The translations under genes were made by a program, and so were the position numbers. From assembly GCF_004010195.1 (NCBI RefSeq), contig NC_057750.1, positions 6,031,151 to 6,095,150 on the forward strand: a stretch of DNA of 64,000 bases, read 5' to 3'. This DNA is from Chiloscyllium plagiosum (Eukaryota). The notes beneath the pieces are model-generated. The model made no database searches. It saw only the letters and a program-made list of their open reading frames with translations, and had not been told where the DNA came from. Positions 1 through 12,252 of this stretch are shown one piece after another; within the stretch, counting starts at the first letter, position 1, and each line of letters begins with the position of its first letter.

Positions 1-587
1 AGAGAGAGGGGAGCAGGTGGGAGGGAAGGAGGGAGGGAGTGTGCGAGGCTGCAAGACAGAGGAAAGAGAGAGGCTACAAACAGGGTTTGGACAGAAAGGG
101 AGCCTGCAGGAAAATAGGGGGAAGGAGGAGGAGGCTTAATGGGACAGGGACATGTAAAAGGGAACGAGTCTGCAAAAGACAGTGAACTGTTTTAAACTTG
201 TTAACAAAGGAGTTCGCAGCTAACTAGCAGTCAGTAAAACTGGGAATCACCAAAGTAATGATATCTTTCCAAATGAATAAGGAACCTCAAGCTTAAAGCT
301 TCATGTGTTCAGGAGCTCCCGTGTGGGGATGGGAATGTTTGTGTAGATTTAAATTTGAGATTGAAATTTGAAATGCAAGTTAATACCCATTTGATTAAAA
401 TCATTTAACATTGTGCATATGCAATGGAAACGCCTTATCTATGAACTCATCACTGTGGAAGTTTTTTGATATGATGACATTTTTTTGTGTAAAAGTATGC
501 ATCAGCAATTTCTGAAAGAAAAATTGTTGCTAGTTAATGGAATATTCCGTTGTGATCAGATTTAAAATAGTTCTCTCTCCTTTGCAG

Positions 588-929
588 CCGCACTCTTGCT
601 CCCATGTCTTCTTGCGGCTTCTTCACCCTCTCCCTGACCCTGCAGACAACACACTGTACTCTGGCTAAAAATCAGCCCGGTCTGTCTATCCCTTACCTCC
701 TACCAATGCCACATTTCACTGAGCCAGACACTGAGTGCCCTACACGCTGACTAACTCCAGCCTGCAGACAAATGCCACAAAACAGGGTGGTTAACAGTGA
801 ACATTCAACACTGACATGTCCAGAATCTACAAAGCATTCACTGTTGAGCAACACCACAATGGAATGCACTCCTCTTTTAGGTTTCTGTTAGCTGCAGTTT
901 GGAATGTGGAACGTGCATTTTCAAATAAA
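588..929 (+). other. Possible terminal exon of an unidentified neighbouring + strand gene
   Basis: Strong acceptor ttctctctcctttgcag| at 587/588, non-repetitive sequence, AATAAA at 924-929. No recognisable peptide. Confidence 0.3.
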
Positions 930-1074
930 AGTCAATGAGATAAGATTGTGGAGGGCTCTGCAAAATGTTTCTGAGCAACCTGCCCCTTGACAGCAGCATA
1001 AATCTAACCTGTCTCCCTTGTTGTACCTCCCTCTGCCTTAAAACATGTTTCAAAATTCACCGCCATTCAAGAGT

Positions 1075-1465
1075 ATGTCTCGGTTATACAAGGCATTGAT
1101 GTGTTTGCATGTGGATTACTGTGTTCAGTCTTGGTCACTGTACTGCTGGAAAGATGTTAATGTGAAGCTCATCATAGGTTTAGGGTGAGAGGGGAAAGAT
1201 ATAAAAGAGACCTAAGGGGCAACTTTTTCATGCAGAGGGTGGTACATGTCTGGAATGAGATGCCAGTGGATGTGGTGGAGGCTTGAACAATTGCAACATT
1301 TAAAAGCCATCTGGATGGGAATATGAAAAGGAAGGCTTTGGAGGGATATGGGCCAGGTGCTGGCAGGTGGGACTAGATTGGGTTGGGATATCTGGTCAGC
1401 GTGGACAAGTTGGACCAAAGGGTCTGTTTCCACGCTGTACATCTCTATGACTCTATGACTCTATA
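1075..1465 (+). mobile_element. CR1 LINE 3' end(s)
   Basis: 1175-1465 is near-identical to the reverse complement of 3555-3835; ctctatga tail. Confidence 0.85.
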
Positions 1466-1484
1466 TCCTCTTGAGTTTAGGAGA

Positions 1485-1775
1485 GGATGATAGTAGCACT
1501 GCTGCTTCACAGCGCCAGGGAGCCGGGTTCGATTCTACCCTCGGGTGACTCTCTGTGTGGAGTTTGCACATTCTCCCCGTGTCTGCGTGGGTTTCCTCCG
1601 GGTGCTCCGGTTTCCTCCCACAGTCCAAAGATGTGCAGGTTAGGTGGGTTAGCCATGGGGAATGTAAGGTTACAGGGTTGGGGTAAGAGGGTGGGTCTGG
1701 ATGGGATGCACTTCGGAGGGGTGGTGTGGACTCAATGGGCTGAACGGCCTGCTTCCACACTTTAGGGATTCTATG
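1485..1775 (+). mobile_element. tRNA-derived SINE with CR1-like tail (shark HE1-like)
   Basis: Pol III head (AGCACTGCTGC..CACAGCGCCAGGG..CCGGGTTCGATTC), body TGTGTGGAGTTTGCACATTCTCCCCGTGTCTGCGTGG. Family name from memory, not searched. Confidence 0.8.
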
Positions 1776-2190
1776 AAATCCAAATTGCCTCCCTTGTGAT
1801 GAACTACACTTTCCTAAAAGGGCGTTAAATCTGAATTTGATTGTAGCTGAGTTTGATGCAGAATGATTTTCTGTCTGTCTCCTGCAGCCTTTTAGAGTCT
1901 TTTTCAAATATACAGCAGTCTGATCTATTCCTTCCTGGTATTGCTTGATAATGTGCTCTATGCAGACTGAGGAGGGACCAAATCAGAATCTCCCAGACAC
2001 TCTTCATTGATCTGTTTTATGGTTGTCTGGTGTTCGTCTGGGTGGAAGGCACTCAGTGTCTGACTCATTGTGCTGTAGTGTTGTAAATTGGGTAAGGGAC
2101 TGGGAGAAACTGCATCAGCTTTTCTCTCTCCTTTGTAATGGTAGAGGTGACTCATGGGTGCCAATTTGTTCCAGGTGAAAGTTTATCAGT

Positions 2191-2661
2191 TGCTGGAGTT
2201 TAGCAGGAGAAGATAAAAGGTAGGGAGGAGGGACTTGGAGGAGGGGCGTTGGAAATGTGATAGGTGGAAAGAGGTCAAGGTGAGGGTGATAGGTCGGAGT
2301 AGGGTGGAGGCGGAGAGGTCAAGAAGAAGACTGCAAGTCAGGAAGGCGGTGCCGGGCTGGAGGGATTCGGCTGAGACAAGGTGGGGGGAGGGGGGATGAA
2401 GAAACTGGTGAAGTCCAAGTTCATCCCCTGCGGTTGGAGGGTTCCCAGTCGGAAGATAAGACGCTCCTCCTCCGACCGTCGCGTTGTTGTGGTTTGGCGG
2501 TGGATGAGTCCAATGACCTGCAAATCCTCGGTGGAGTGGGAGGGGGAGTTGAAATGCTGTGCTACAGGTTGGTTGGGTTGGTTCGTCCGGGTGGCCCAGA
2601 GGTGCTCTCTGAATCGCTCCGCAAGTAGGCGGCCTGTCTCCGCAGACCTCACTTTCTCGTC
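2191..2661 (-). mobile_element. Penelope-like element fragment (GIY-YIG endonuclease C-terminal part), 14-bp TSD
   Basis: ORF 2338-2652 reads ETGRLLAERFREHL...VAQHFNSPSHS...RLIFRLGTLQPQGMN. GAAAGTTTATCAGT at 2177-2190 and 2662-2675. Confidence 0.85.
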
Positions 2662-3063
2662 GAAAGTTTATCAGTATCAGGGAACCACAGAGAGAGAGAG
2701 CGCATTATCCATTCAGCCAGTTGATTATAATTTTTGTATATTGTGTTGCTTATATCGAGTGTAGTACTGGTTGAAGTGCTGCTAAATTGGTGTCCTTCAG
2801 ACTATGAATGTTATAGAGTAACACAACACAGAATCAGACCCTTCAGTCTGACCAGTCTATGCCAATCATATTCCCAAATAGTCCCACTTGTCTGCACTTG
2901 GCCCATATCCCTCCAAATCTTTGCTATTCGTGCACTTATCTATGATTTTTAAATGTTGTAATTGTACCTGCGTCCACCACTTCCTCGGGAAGTTTATTCC
3001 ACACAGGAACCATTCTCTGTGTAAACAAATTCCCCCATGTCTATTTTACATTTTTTTCCTCTC

Positions 3064-3364
3064 AAGTGGTTAGCACGGCTGCCTCACAGCGCCAGGCACC
3101 TGGGTTCGATTCCAGCCTCGGGTGACTGTCGATGTAGAGTTTGCACATTCTCCCAGTATCTGCGTGGGTTTCCTACCACAATCCAAAGATGTGCAAGTCA
3201 GGTGAATTGGCCACGCTAAATTGCCTTTTAGTGTTAGGTGCATTAGTCAGGGGTCAATATAGGGTAGGGAAATGGGTCTGGGTGGGTTGCTCTTCGGGGG
3301 GTCGGTGTGGACTTGTTGGGCCGAAGGGCCTGTTTCCACACTAGGGATTCTAATTTAATCTAAT
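3064..3364 (+). mobile_element. tRNA-derived SINE (HE1-like)
   Basis: Same family; (CTAAT)n tail. Confidence 0.8.
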
Positions 3365-3552
3365 CACCTTAAAAATATACCCCCAAGACTTGGAATTTTC
3401 CACCCTGGGGAAAAGACACCTGCCATTAACACTAACTATGCCCCACATTTTATAAACCTCTATCAGGTCACTCCCTCAACCTTCTTCACTCCAGTGAAAA
3501 AAGTCCCAGCCTTTCTTGAAAACTCAAACCCTCTATTCCTGGCAAATCTCTT

Positions 3553-4624
3553 AGAGCCATAGAGATGTACAGCATGGAAACAGACCCTTCGGTCCAACCT
3601 GTCCACGCCAACCAGATATCCCAACCCAATCTAGTCCCACCTGCCAGCACCCGGCCCATATCCCTCCAAACCCTTCCTATTCATATACCCATCCAGATGC
3701 CTCTTAAATGTTGCAATTGTACCAGCCTCCACCACATCCTCTGGCAGCTCATTCCATACACGCACCACCCTCTGCATGAAAACGTTGCCCCTTAGGTCTC
3801 TTTTATATCTTTCCCCTCTCACACTAAACCTATGCCCTCTAGTTCTGGACTCCTCGACCCCAGGGAAAAGACTTTGCCTATTTATCCTATCCATGCCCCT
3901 TAAGATTTTATAAACCTCTATAAGGTCACCCTTCAGCCCCTGACGCTCCAGGGAAAACAGCCCCAACCTGTAGCTCAAATCCTCCAACCCTGGCAACATG
4001 CTTGTAAATCTTTTCTGAGCCCTTTCAAGTTTCACAACATCTTTCCGATAGGAAGGAGACCAGAACTGCATGCAATATTCCAACAGTGGCCTAAGCAATG
4101 TCCTGGACAGCCGCAACATGACCTCCCAACTCCTGTACTCAATACTCTGACCAATAAAGGAAAGCATACCAAACGCCACCTTCACTATCCTGTCTACCTG
4201 CGACTCCACTTTCAAGGAGCTATGAGCCTGTACTCCAAGGTCTCTTTGTTCAGCAACACGCCCTAGGACCTTACCATTAAGTGTATAAGTCCTGCTAAGA
4301 TTTGCTTTCCCGAAATGCAGCATCTCGCATTTATTTGAATTAAACGCCATTTGCCACTTCTCAGCCCATTGACCCATATGGTACAGATCCTGTTGTAACC
4401 TGAGGTAACCCTCTTCGCTGTCCACTACACCTCCAATTTTGGTGTCATCTGCAAACTTACTAACTGTACCTCTTATGCTCGCATCCAAATCATTTATGCA
4501 AATGACAAAAAAGTAGAGGACCCAGCACTGATCCTTGTGGCACTCCACTGGTCACAGGCCTCCAGTCTGAAAAACAACCCTCCACCACCACTCTCTGTCT
4601 TCTACCTTTGAGCCAGTTCTGTCT
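3553..4624 (-). mobile_element. Young 5'-truncated CR1-clade LINE (RT C-terminal half + 3'UTR)
   Basis: ORF 3631-4548 with INDLD...SKFADDTK RT motif and CR1 C-terminus (RVVRVWNELP); (CTATGACT)-type tail. Confidence 0.93.
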
Positions 4625-5614
4625 GAGCCCTCTCCAGCTTAATAGTATGCTTCCTATAATAGGGAGACCAGAACTGGGCACAGTACTCCAGAACAGCCCT
4701 CACCAATGTCCTGTACAATCTCAACATGAAATCCCAACTCCTATACTCAAAAAGGTCTGAGCAATGAAGGCAAGTGTGCTAAACACCTTCTTAACCTCCT
4801 CCTCACCGCCCCCCACCCCCAACACTGCCCAGCTTCAAATAGACTTTCCCAAACAATTTTCCTCCTTCCTCCGGCTTTGCCAGGTTTGAGAGCACCAAGT
4901 CCCGTTGCACGTTTTTGCTTTACTTTACTCTTCCACACGGCATGGGCATCATTGGCCCAGGCCAGCAATTGTTACCCATCCCTGTGAACAGAGAGGTTTG
5001 TTCAGCCATTACAGAGGGTAGTTATGAGTCAATCATGTTGCTGTGGGTCTGGAGTCACGTGTAGCCCCATTTCAGGGGCGCGCACACAAACAATGAACAA
5101 CAGTAGGCCACTCAGCCCCTTGTGGCCTGCTCCCCCCTTCAACACAATCATGGCCGATTTGATTTTAACCTCAACTCCGTATTTCTGCAAATCCCCCAAT
5201 AATTATTCATTCCTTTGGTCATCAAGAATCTCTCCCTACCTTAAAAATGTTTAAAATTCACTACCTTTTGGAGAAAAGAAATTCCAAAGACCCATAACCT
5301 TCCAAGAGTTTCCTCATTTTATTTTTAAACTACAACAGGAAACATTCTTTCCACATCCACCTGATTAAGTCCTCTCAGGACTCTTACATGTTACTATTGG
5401 TTACCTCGAATTCTCAAGCTCCAGAGGGTACAGGCATATCCTAGCATTAGGATGTGGAGCCTTTGGAGAGGGGGTGCAGAAGAGGTTTACCAGGATGCTG
5501 CCTGGATTGGCAGGTATGAGCTACAAGGAAAGGCTAGGCATACTCAAGTTATTTTCTCTGGAGTGGTGACAGCAGCTGAGGGGACACTTTATAGAAATCT
5601 ATAAAATTCTGAAA

Positions 5615-5850
5615 ACCAAAAGAACTGCAGATGTCGTAAATCAGAAACAAAAACACAAGTTGCTGGAAAAACCCAGCAGGTCTGGCAGCACCTGAGAAAT
5701 CGGAGTTAACATTTCAGGTCCGGTGACCCTTCCTCAGAACCGGAGTTGAGTTCTGTGGAAGGGCATCGGACCTGAAGCGTTAACTTTGATTTCTCTGCAT
5801 AGATGCTGCCAGACCTGCTGAGCTTTTCCAGCAATTTCTGTTTTTGTTAT
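5615..5850. mobile_element. Inverted-repeat short element with decayed hammerhead-like arms (related copies ~8985-9135, ~19230-19420, ~20785-20978, ~50570-50780, ~62180-62340)
   Basis: Arms TTGCTGGAAAA..CAGCAGGTCTGGCAGCA / TGCTGCCAGACCTGCTGAGCTTTTCCAGCAA. Inserted in a CR1 fragment (5455-5960). Confidence 0.7.
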
Positions 5851-5979
5851 AAAATTATGAAATGCATAGATAGGGTTGATTGCAACATCTGAAAAGTATC
5901 TGGACGGGTACATGAATAGAAAGGGGTTAGAGGGATATGAGCCAAATGCTGGCAAATTGATTAATTTAGCATAACTCAG

Positions 5980-6711
5980 AATCCAGAGTGTGGAAACAAG
6001 CCATCCCCCTACCCTATAACCTTGCATTTTCCATGGCTAACCAACCTAACCTACATATCCTTGGACACCTTTCTCTCCTCCCCCCCACCCCAAAGGAGTT
6101 GTCCACATCCATCAAAGTTTCACCTGCGCTTCCACACAGGTCATTTATTGTATCCGTTGCTCCCGATGTGGTCTCCTCTACATTGGGGAGACAGGACACC
6201 TAATTGCAGAGCGCTTCAGAGAACATCTCCAAGACACCCAAACCAACCAACCCCACCGCCCCCTGGCTAAACACTTCAACCCCCCCGCTCACTCCGAGGA
6301 CATGCAGGTCCTGGGCCTCCTCCATCACCACTCCCTGACCATTCAACGCTTGGAGGAAGAACACTATTGTGCACTCAGCTACCTTCCCCCCCAACTTCCC
6401 ATTTATCTCTCAGCACCTCCCACATATCCCCATTCCTGATGAAGGGCTTTTGCCCAAAATGTCGATTTTCCTGCTTCTTTGTTGCTGCTTGACCTGCTGT
6501 GCTTTTCCAGCACCATACCCTCAACTCTAATCTCCAGCATCTGAGGTCCTCACTTGTACTTGCAATTTAGCATGGCCAATTCACCCAACCTTTACGTCTT
6601 TGGACTGTGGGAGGAAACCGAAGCACCCAGCAGAAACTGACACAGACACGGGGAAAATGTGCAAACTCCACAGAGTCACCTGAGGGTGTAATCGAACCCG
6701 GGTCCCTGGCA
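5980..6711 (-). mobile_element. tRNA-derived SINE split by the Penelope fragment 6069-6560
   Basis: Tail 5980-6068 and head 6562-6711 are collinear. Confidence 0.7.
6069..6560 (+). mobile_element. Penelope-like GIY-YIG fragment plus pseudo-LTR with decayed hammerhead, inserted into a SINE
   Basis: IYCIRCSRCGLLYIGETG..AERFREHL (frame read by hand); CTGATGAAGGGCTTTTGCCCAAAA at ~6436. Confidence 0.8.
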
Positions 6712-9700
6712 CGGGGGGGGGGGGGGGGGGGGGCAGCGGAGTGCCACAGAAGTGTTCCAGTGCAGAAGGCCAGTCAGCCCACGCAACGCAATATTACACC
6801 TTTAATGCAGCAAACCATGCTCTGATGCTTCAAATGGTAAATAAAAACTCGCTCAGTCAGATTTTAAGCTGCATCTTTAAGTGGGAGAGAGAGAGAAATG
6901 ATGAAAATTAAGGATGGGAATTGCACAGCATGAAGCCCAGGCAACTGAAGGCACTTCAGTAATGGAATAATTAAAATCAGGGTCCTCCAGTGGCAAATAT
7001 TTCAGTGTGCACTGGAGCTGGAGGAGCTTAGAGATGGGAGGGAAAAATGTCATGGAAGGAGTTTAAAACAAGGAAGAGAATTTTGAAACCCAAGCACTGC
7101 TTAAGCAGGAATCAGTGAGCACAGTGTGACAGTGAGCAGAATACAGCAGACAGCAGAGCTTCAGTGACCTCCAGTTTGCAGGGGCAGAGCATGGGGGGAA
7201 CTGCCTGGGCTGTGTTGGAACAGGCAAGTCAGGAGGTTAAGGAAGACATTGAGGAGCTAGGGTTAGACAAGGTGACCACCTGACCCACTCAAACTGACCA
7301 TTTCCCAAGGACTCAGACAACACAGGGTTTCCTGCAACCTTTACTTTATTCAACATACTGCTTCCTCCTGGCAAATACAATCTTCAGGAAGTCACAAGCC
7401 TTCAAACACCACAATGCACATTGTCATTAAATATAATTCAGAATTCTAACATTTGAATAAATTTTTATTTGACAGTGACATTCTGATGGCAAACACACAC
7501 AATTATAAAACTCTTTGTGCCTAAATTGAGCACCAGGTTGTCAAGTCTCCCCCCAACCATCTCAATCCAAACCCAAGATCAAAACTGACAGCACGGTGAG
7601 TCCGAAGGCCCCTTTGCCTGCAGATCAAACTTGGCTTTGCAATTATGAGTGTGCCAAAAAAAGAACACCAAACCACTCAGCTTGGCAGAAACAAGAGGAA
7701 ATGCAATGCACACTGCGTTGGCCACTGCTCCCTCACCGTTCGGAGAAACCATGATTGTGCGTTCGTAACAACCAGAGCGCTTCCCTGGTGCGTTGGGAAA
7801 TCTCAGGAGGGAAATGGTCATGCCATTTTCATAAGGGAAATGCTGTCTGACTTTCTAGAAGCTCAGAATGATTGTCACATTCCCCACTGGAGGAGGTCTC
7901 CCCTTGTAACATGGATGTTAACAATATCCAGAAGGATTATTAACAGTTGACAGGAGGATCTGAAGTTATTCAGCAAAAGGGAGGCGGTGACAAATTGCGG
8001 AGTGTTGGGTGCCAACCGAAGAGATTTTCACTCAGCTGATCCAGAACAGGTGTTGTTTTCACTTCCCGTCACAACTGCCTGAATTGGTGGCCTCCAGCTG
8101 CCAGAGGGGTTACCAGGCATGAGGGAACATCAATACATACAGGTCTCTCAATACTGTTTTTTTAAGGGTCAAATTTCTGGGAAGCTCTGTCAAACAGCAC
8201 TGAAGGTACACTGATACCACACGGACCGCAGCCTACAGGGGGGCAAGTAGGCTTGAGCAACAGAGGATTGGCAACATCACACAAATATCTTAAAGAGAAT
8301 TGCTTCTCTTGAAACAGGCATACACCTTATTCCATCCCAGATCAGTGTTCTCCCTGTGCTGACAGACATCTAGGTAATATTCCCCAAACATTCCAGCTGC
8401 TTCTGTCATTATTCATTTTAGCAAATGCTCCAAGTATGGTGCAGTTTTCACTTGAGGGCAGAGTCACAAAACCGCCTCAGTACTGGAGGTCACTGAAGGC
8501 ATGGTTAGAGGACACCCAGACATGGGGGCGCTGGGCTAAGCACAGGAACAAGGGAACAAAGAGTCAACTCCAATCCCTATCTGCTTCATGATGGATATGA
8601 GACTCCTTGGGTCTTCCTCCTTCTTAACTGGCTTTTCCTAAGTGTACTGCAGTGACTGTTCTGGGGAAAATAAAACTGCACGGATCGTATATGTGTGTGT
8701 GTGTTTGGGAGGGCTGGTCTATGCAGAGGAGAGTTGTGTGTGTTGGGAGGTGTGGGGGCGTATCCATGTGTTGAAGACTAAGTGATCACACATGGATGGA
8801 CTTGATTGAGAAATGGTCTGGGAGGTTTCAATCACAGGAGCATTAGGTGAGGCTGTCGGGAATGTGTACAGACAGAAAACCAGGATTCCAGCCCTCGGTT
8901 TGTTGTAGTGGAGGGGAACCGGGGGGAGGGGGGGTGGGGGGGGGGGGGGAATAACCATAAGAGAGCAGCAGAGGATCATGTATAAAAACAAAAACAGAAA
9001 ATGTTGGAGAAACTCAGCAGGTTTTGAGTCCAGGAACCAAACATTAATCCTCCTCAGATCCTGCAAGACTGGCTAAGTTTTTCAATCATTTTCAGTTTTC
9101 ACTTTAGATTTCTACCATCTGCAGTATTTTGTTCTTACTGAATAGGAGAATTAAGTGTTGAAAAGAGCAGCTGGATATTGGAAAGGGGAAGAAACTAGAG
9201 GTGCTTTCTGCACGGACAAGTGGACACGGGTCAAATGACCACTCAATCCTGCAGGCATCATAGATTATCTTGCGATTTTAATCTCTATGAATCGGGACAA
9301 GTTAAATCGCATTTTTGGAATCCATACAAACGGGAGAACACTCAAGATTGGGATCAATTGATTTTTCCGGATACAAAGTAAATCCAAGAATATGGGGAGG
9401 TGCAATGGAGATGCAAGATCAGCCACCATCTTAGTGAATAGCAGAGTAGGCTCGATGGACTGATTGGCCCATTTCTGATCTTATTTCTTATGTACCTGTC
9501 TCTTTGCTAGAGCTTTGTGTGTACAAGTTGGCTGCTGTATTTCTTACAACCATAACTGCACTTCAAATTTTACCTTACTGGCCATACAGGGCTTTTGGGA
9601 CACATCTCCAGGTGCTGAAAGGTGCGATGGGAATATCTCTCTTAGTGGATCACAACTGCTCAACTGCACTGAAGAGGATGGAGTAAACGTACTGGTCCGC

Positions 9701-10493
9701 TCCCAGGTTATTGCATCTTCTGCAACCACCCCCACAAAAAGTGAGTTTGCACTGGATCAAACGTTCTCCCAAGTCTGTCTTTCATGAATTGAGCTCTTTG
9801 GCCTTCTCCAACATCCCTTTCCCAGTGAGACACACAATACTACACTGGAACCTGCAGGTGGTTTAGGCTTTCCAGTCCGTTCACTGGCCGAGAAAGCACA
9901 GAACCTTTACCTCCCTATCAGATTTGCAATCGCCGATAAACTGCTGGTCCAGAGCGATTCCGACTTTTGATGGTGAACAGCCCAGGAACAATCCCAGCAA
10001 AATTCAAACAGCATAAGTCAGCCAGGAGGGAAAGATGGACACGTGTGAAAAATCCGGATGCCAGCTGGGAGATGGGGAAACGTGCTTGTAGGGGGTTCAC
10101 GTTGTCTGGTTAGGAGGGGGAAATCACAGGCCACAGCTTGACTGCCCCAGGGCTGAGTAGGTTGCACAAACACGCACAAGAGTAACAATATGAAACTGGA
10201 AGCTAGTTTTGCCAATGTGCTTCTTGCCCTGTGTAAAGCCACGGTCAATCGCAATTAACGTGTTTACATTTTGAGATCTCGCGGTTTTGCCTTTGGAACA
10301 CCGCGGAGCAGGTTCTGATTGAGGGTGATTGCAAACAAAGGAGAATCTGGGGGATCGAGCAGCCAATCAGAGACCACAGATCATCTTTACTATCCCTCTG
10401 TTCATTAAGAAGCGGTTGAAAACAGTCAGTCATAGAACTGTTCCCCTCTGGAAGTTGAAAGAAAAACTACAGCAGGTAAAGAATTTAAATTAA

Positions 10494-10499
10494 TTTATT
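10494..10499 (-). terminator. Candidate proximal polyadenylation signal AATAAA of PPP5C
   Basis: AATAAA on the minus strand ~280 nt after the stop codon, followed by a U-rich stretch. Further candidates at 7464-7469 and 7345-7350. Confidence 0.5.
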
Positions 10500-10778
10500 C
10501 TGCAGAGCCTAACTGATCTAGATATTAAGAACTTGATCAGGGACCATGCTTGTAAGGGCACGCCATGTTGTTACTGTGTGCATGAGAGTGCAGGCGTCAC
10601 GCACGTTTGCCTCTCCGTACCAGGAGGACCCTGCACTCAGAGAGAACCCAAGTCAGCGAGGGCCCAGGGAAGGCGGGAGACTTGGTTCGGAGATGGTAGT
10701 TAGTGAGGAAGATTAAATTAAACCCTGATGCCCCACCCACCACGGGAGGGAATACTGTCCAAACCAGATGCATGGATG

Positions 10779-10841
10779 CTACATCATCCCCATCTGCAGT
10801 AGTGAGTTCGCATACGCCATTGGCTTAACATTCGGGTGAGG
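10779..10841 (-). CDS. PPP5C: PPP5C last coding exon 13 (PHPNVKPMAYANSLLQMGMM*)
   Basis: ctcttccag| acceptor; TAG at 10781-10779; matches the PP5 C-terminal autoinhibitory helix region. Joined CDS is 1464 nt with an open frame. Confidence 0.96.
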   Translation of the reverse strand, partial: PHPNVKPMAYANSLLQMGMM

Positions 10842-11306
10842 CTGGAAGAGAGAGAAACAGGGCATTACTCAGATAAAACATACTCCCCAGTATATCAGCC
10901 CCCACATACACACCATCTCCTTGAGCTCATACTTTCCTGTTGAAATCATCCTTATGCAGTTTCTTTTACTCAATTTGTTTCCATTAAATTAAAATGGTGC
11001 AACCTTGCACCCCCTTAGTGCTTTTGTACATGATTAAGCTGCACAAACCAAGTTTGACGGTGCTTCTGAATCAACCACATCTCCTGTCTCTTGGTGCCAT
11101 GAACTTGGCCCTCCATCCAGGCTGTCCCCTGCAAACATTCTGTTAGGTCCCTGAACCCCACTCCCCTCCTTGCCCACCCGACTGTCCATCTGTTCCTACT
11201 GCTGGCTCGGCACCCTTTCCCTGACCTCAAGCCCAACTCCCCTGCCACCGGTCAGCTCTAATACTCCACAACTTTCACTAAGACAGCGTTTCCACTCTGA
11301 ACTTAC

Positions 11307-11388
11307 CACAGTTTTAAATTGATGGAAGATGGGCTTTAGATCAGAGCCCGTGAGGTGAATGTACGCTCCTTGGTTTCCCATCTGATCA
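11307..11388 (-). CDS. PPP5C: PPP5C exon 12 (CDQMGNQGAYIHLTGSDLKPIFHQFKTV)
   Basis: ctttctgtctcag| acceptor, GTG|gtaagt donor, 82 nt. Confidence 0.96.
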
Positions 11389-12109
11389 CTGAGACAGAAA
11401 GAGCAATCATTAAGAGATAATGATTCAGACACAGGCAATTGCAATGCAAAGGAAGAGACAGCAAACATGCACTGGTATGTACAGCACATACTGATAACTC
11501 GACGCAATGTTAAATCACAGGAGGTTGCTCCGGGATAACAAGTTGTGGAAGGGAAGGGAGGAGATGGTGTTTAATCATGGCTCTAATAAATACAATAGAT
11601 CAGAACAGAATAGAATCTCTAGAGTGAGGAAGCAGGCCATTCAGCCCATTGAGTCCACATTGACCCTCAGTGGATCCCACACAGATCCAACCCCGCTACC
11701 CTATCCCTGTAACCCTGCATTTTCCATGGCTAATCCATATAGCCTGGATATCCCTGGACACTATGGGTAATTTAGCATGGCCAATCCACCCTAACCTGTG
11801 GATCAGGTTTGATGAACTGCGTTTAGGGGGGAAAGACAATGATGCCATGGTAGTGCCACTGGGCTAGTAATGCAGAGGCCCAGGCCAATGCTCTAGGAGC
11901 ACAGGCCCACCATGGCAAGTGGGAGAACTTAAAATTAAAGAATAAAACAAAATATTTATAGTGACTGTGAAACTACCTTTGACTGCTGTAAAATAGAAAT
12001 ATCTGGCTCACTTATGTCCTTTAGGGAAGGAAATCTACTGTCCTCGTCCTGTTTTACCTAAGCGAGATTTCAGACCCACAACATGGTTGATTCAACAGCG
12101 AACTCATTA

Positions 12110-12252
12110 AAAGCCCAAAACCCTCTCACCAATACACCATAACTTATGTTAAGACAGCGTTTCCACTCTAAAGTTTTAAATTGATGAATGATAGGCTTTA
12201 GATTGTAGGCCCTAAGGTGAGTGTACGCTCCTTGGTTTCCAATCTGATCACT
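12110..12252 (-). pseudogene. Decayed duplicate of PPP5C exon 12 plus adjacent intron-12 sequence
   Basis: Aligns to 11228-11390. Reads DQIGNQGAYTHLRAYNLKPIIHQFKT. Donor site deleted; pyrimidine tract absent. Confidence 0.9.

Larger units (their letters stand above)
2810..4795 (-). mobile_element. Older CR1 LINE 3' fragment split by a SINE (3064-3364) and the younger CR1 (3553-4624)
   Basis: Segments 2810-3063, 3365-3552 and 4625-4795 are collinear with the CR1 3' end. Confidence 0.75.

Noticed and set aside
3631..4548. 305-aa RT ORF as an active or domesticated gene
   Set aside because: 5'-truncated CR1 with a frameshift at the QGSVLGP motif; lacks the endonuclease and N-terminal RT.
6713..6733. 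21-nt poly-G run (and G-rich 8920-8949) as functional G-quadruplex
   Set aside because: The 6713 run sits within a SINE head and may be slippage or sequencing error; no further support for either.
12170..12250. Mutually exclusive alternative exon 12
   Set aside because: Donor site deleted, no pyrimidine tract, non-conservative substitutions; treated as a pseudo-exon.
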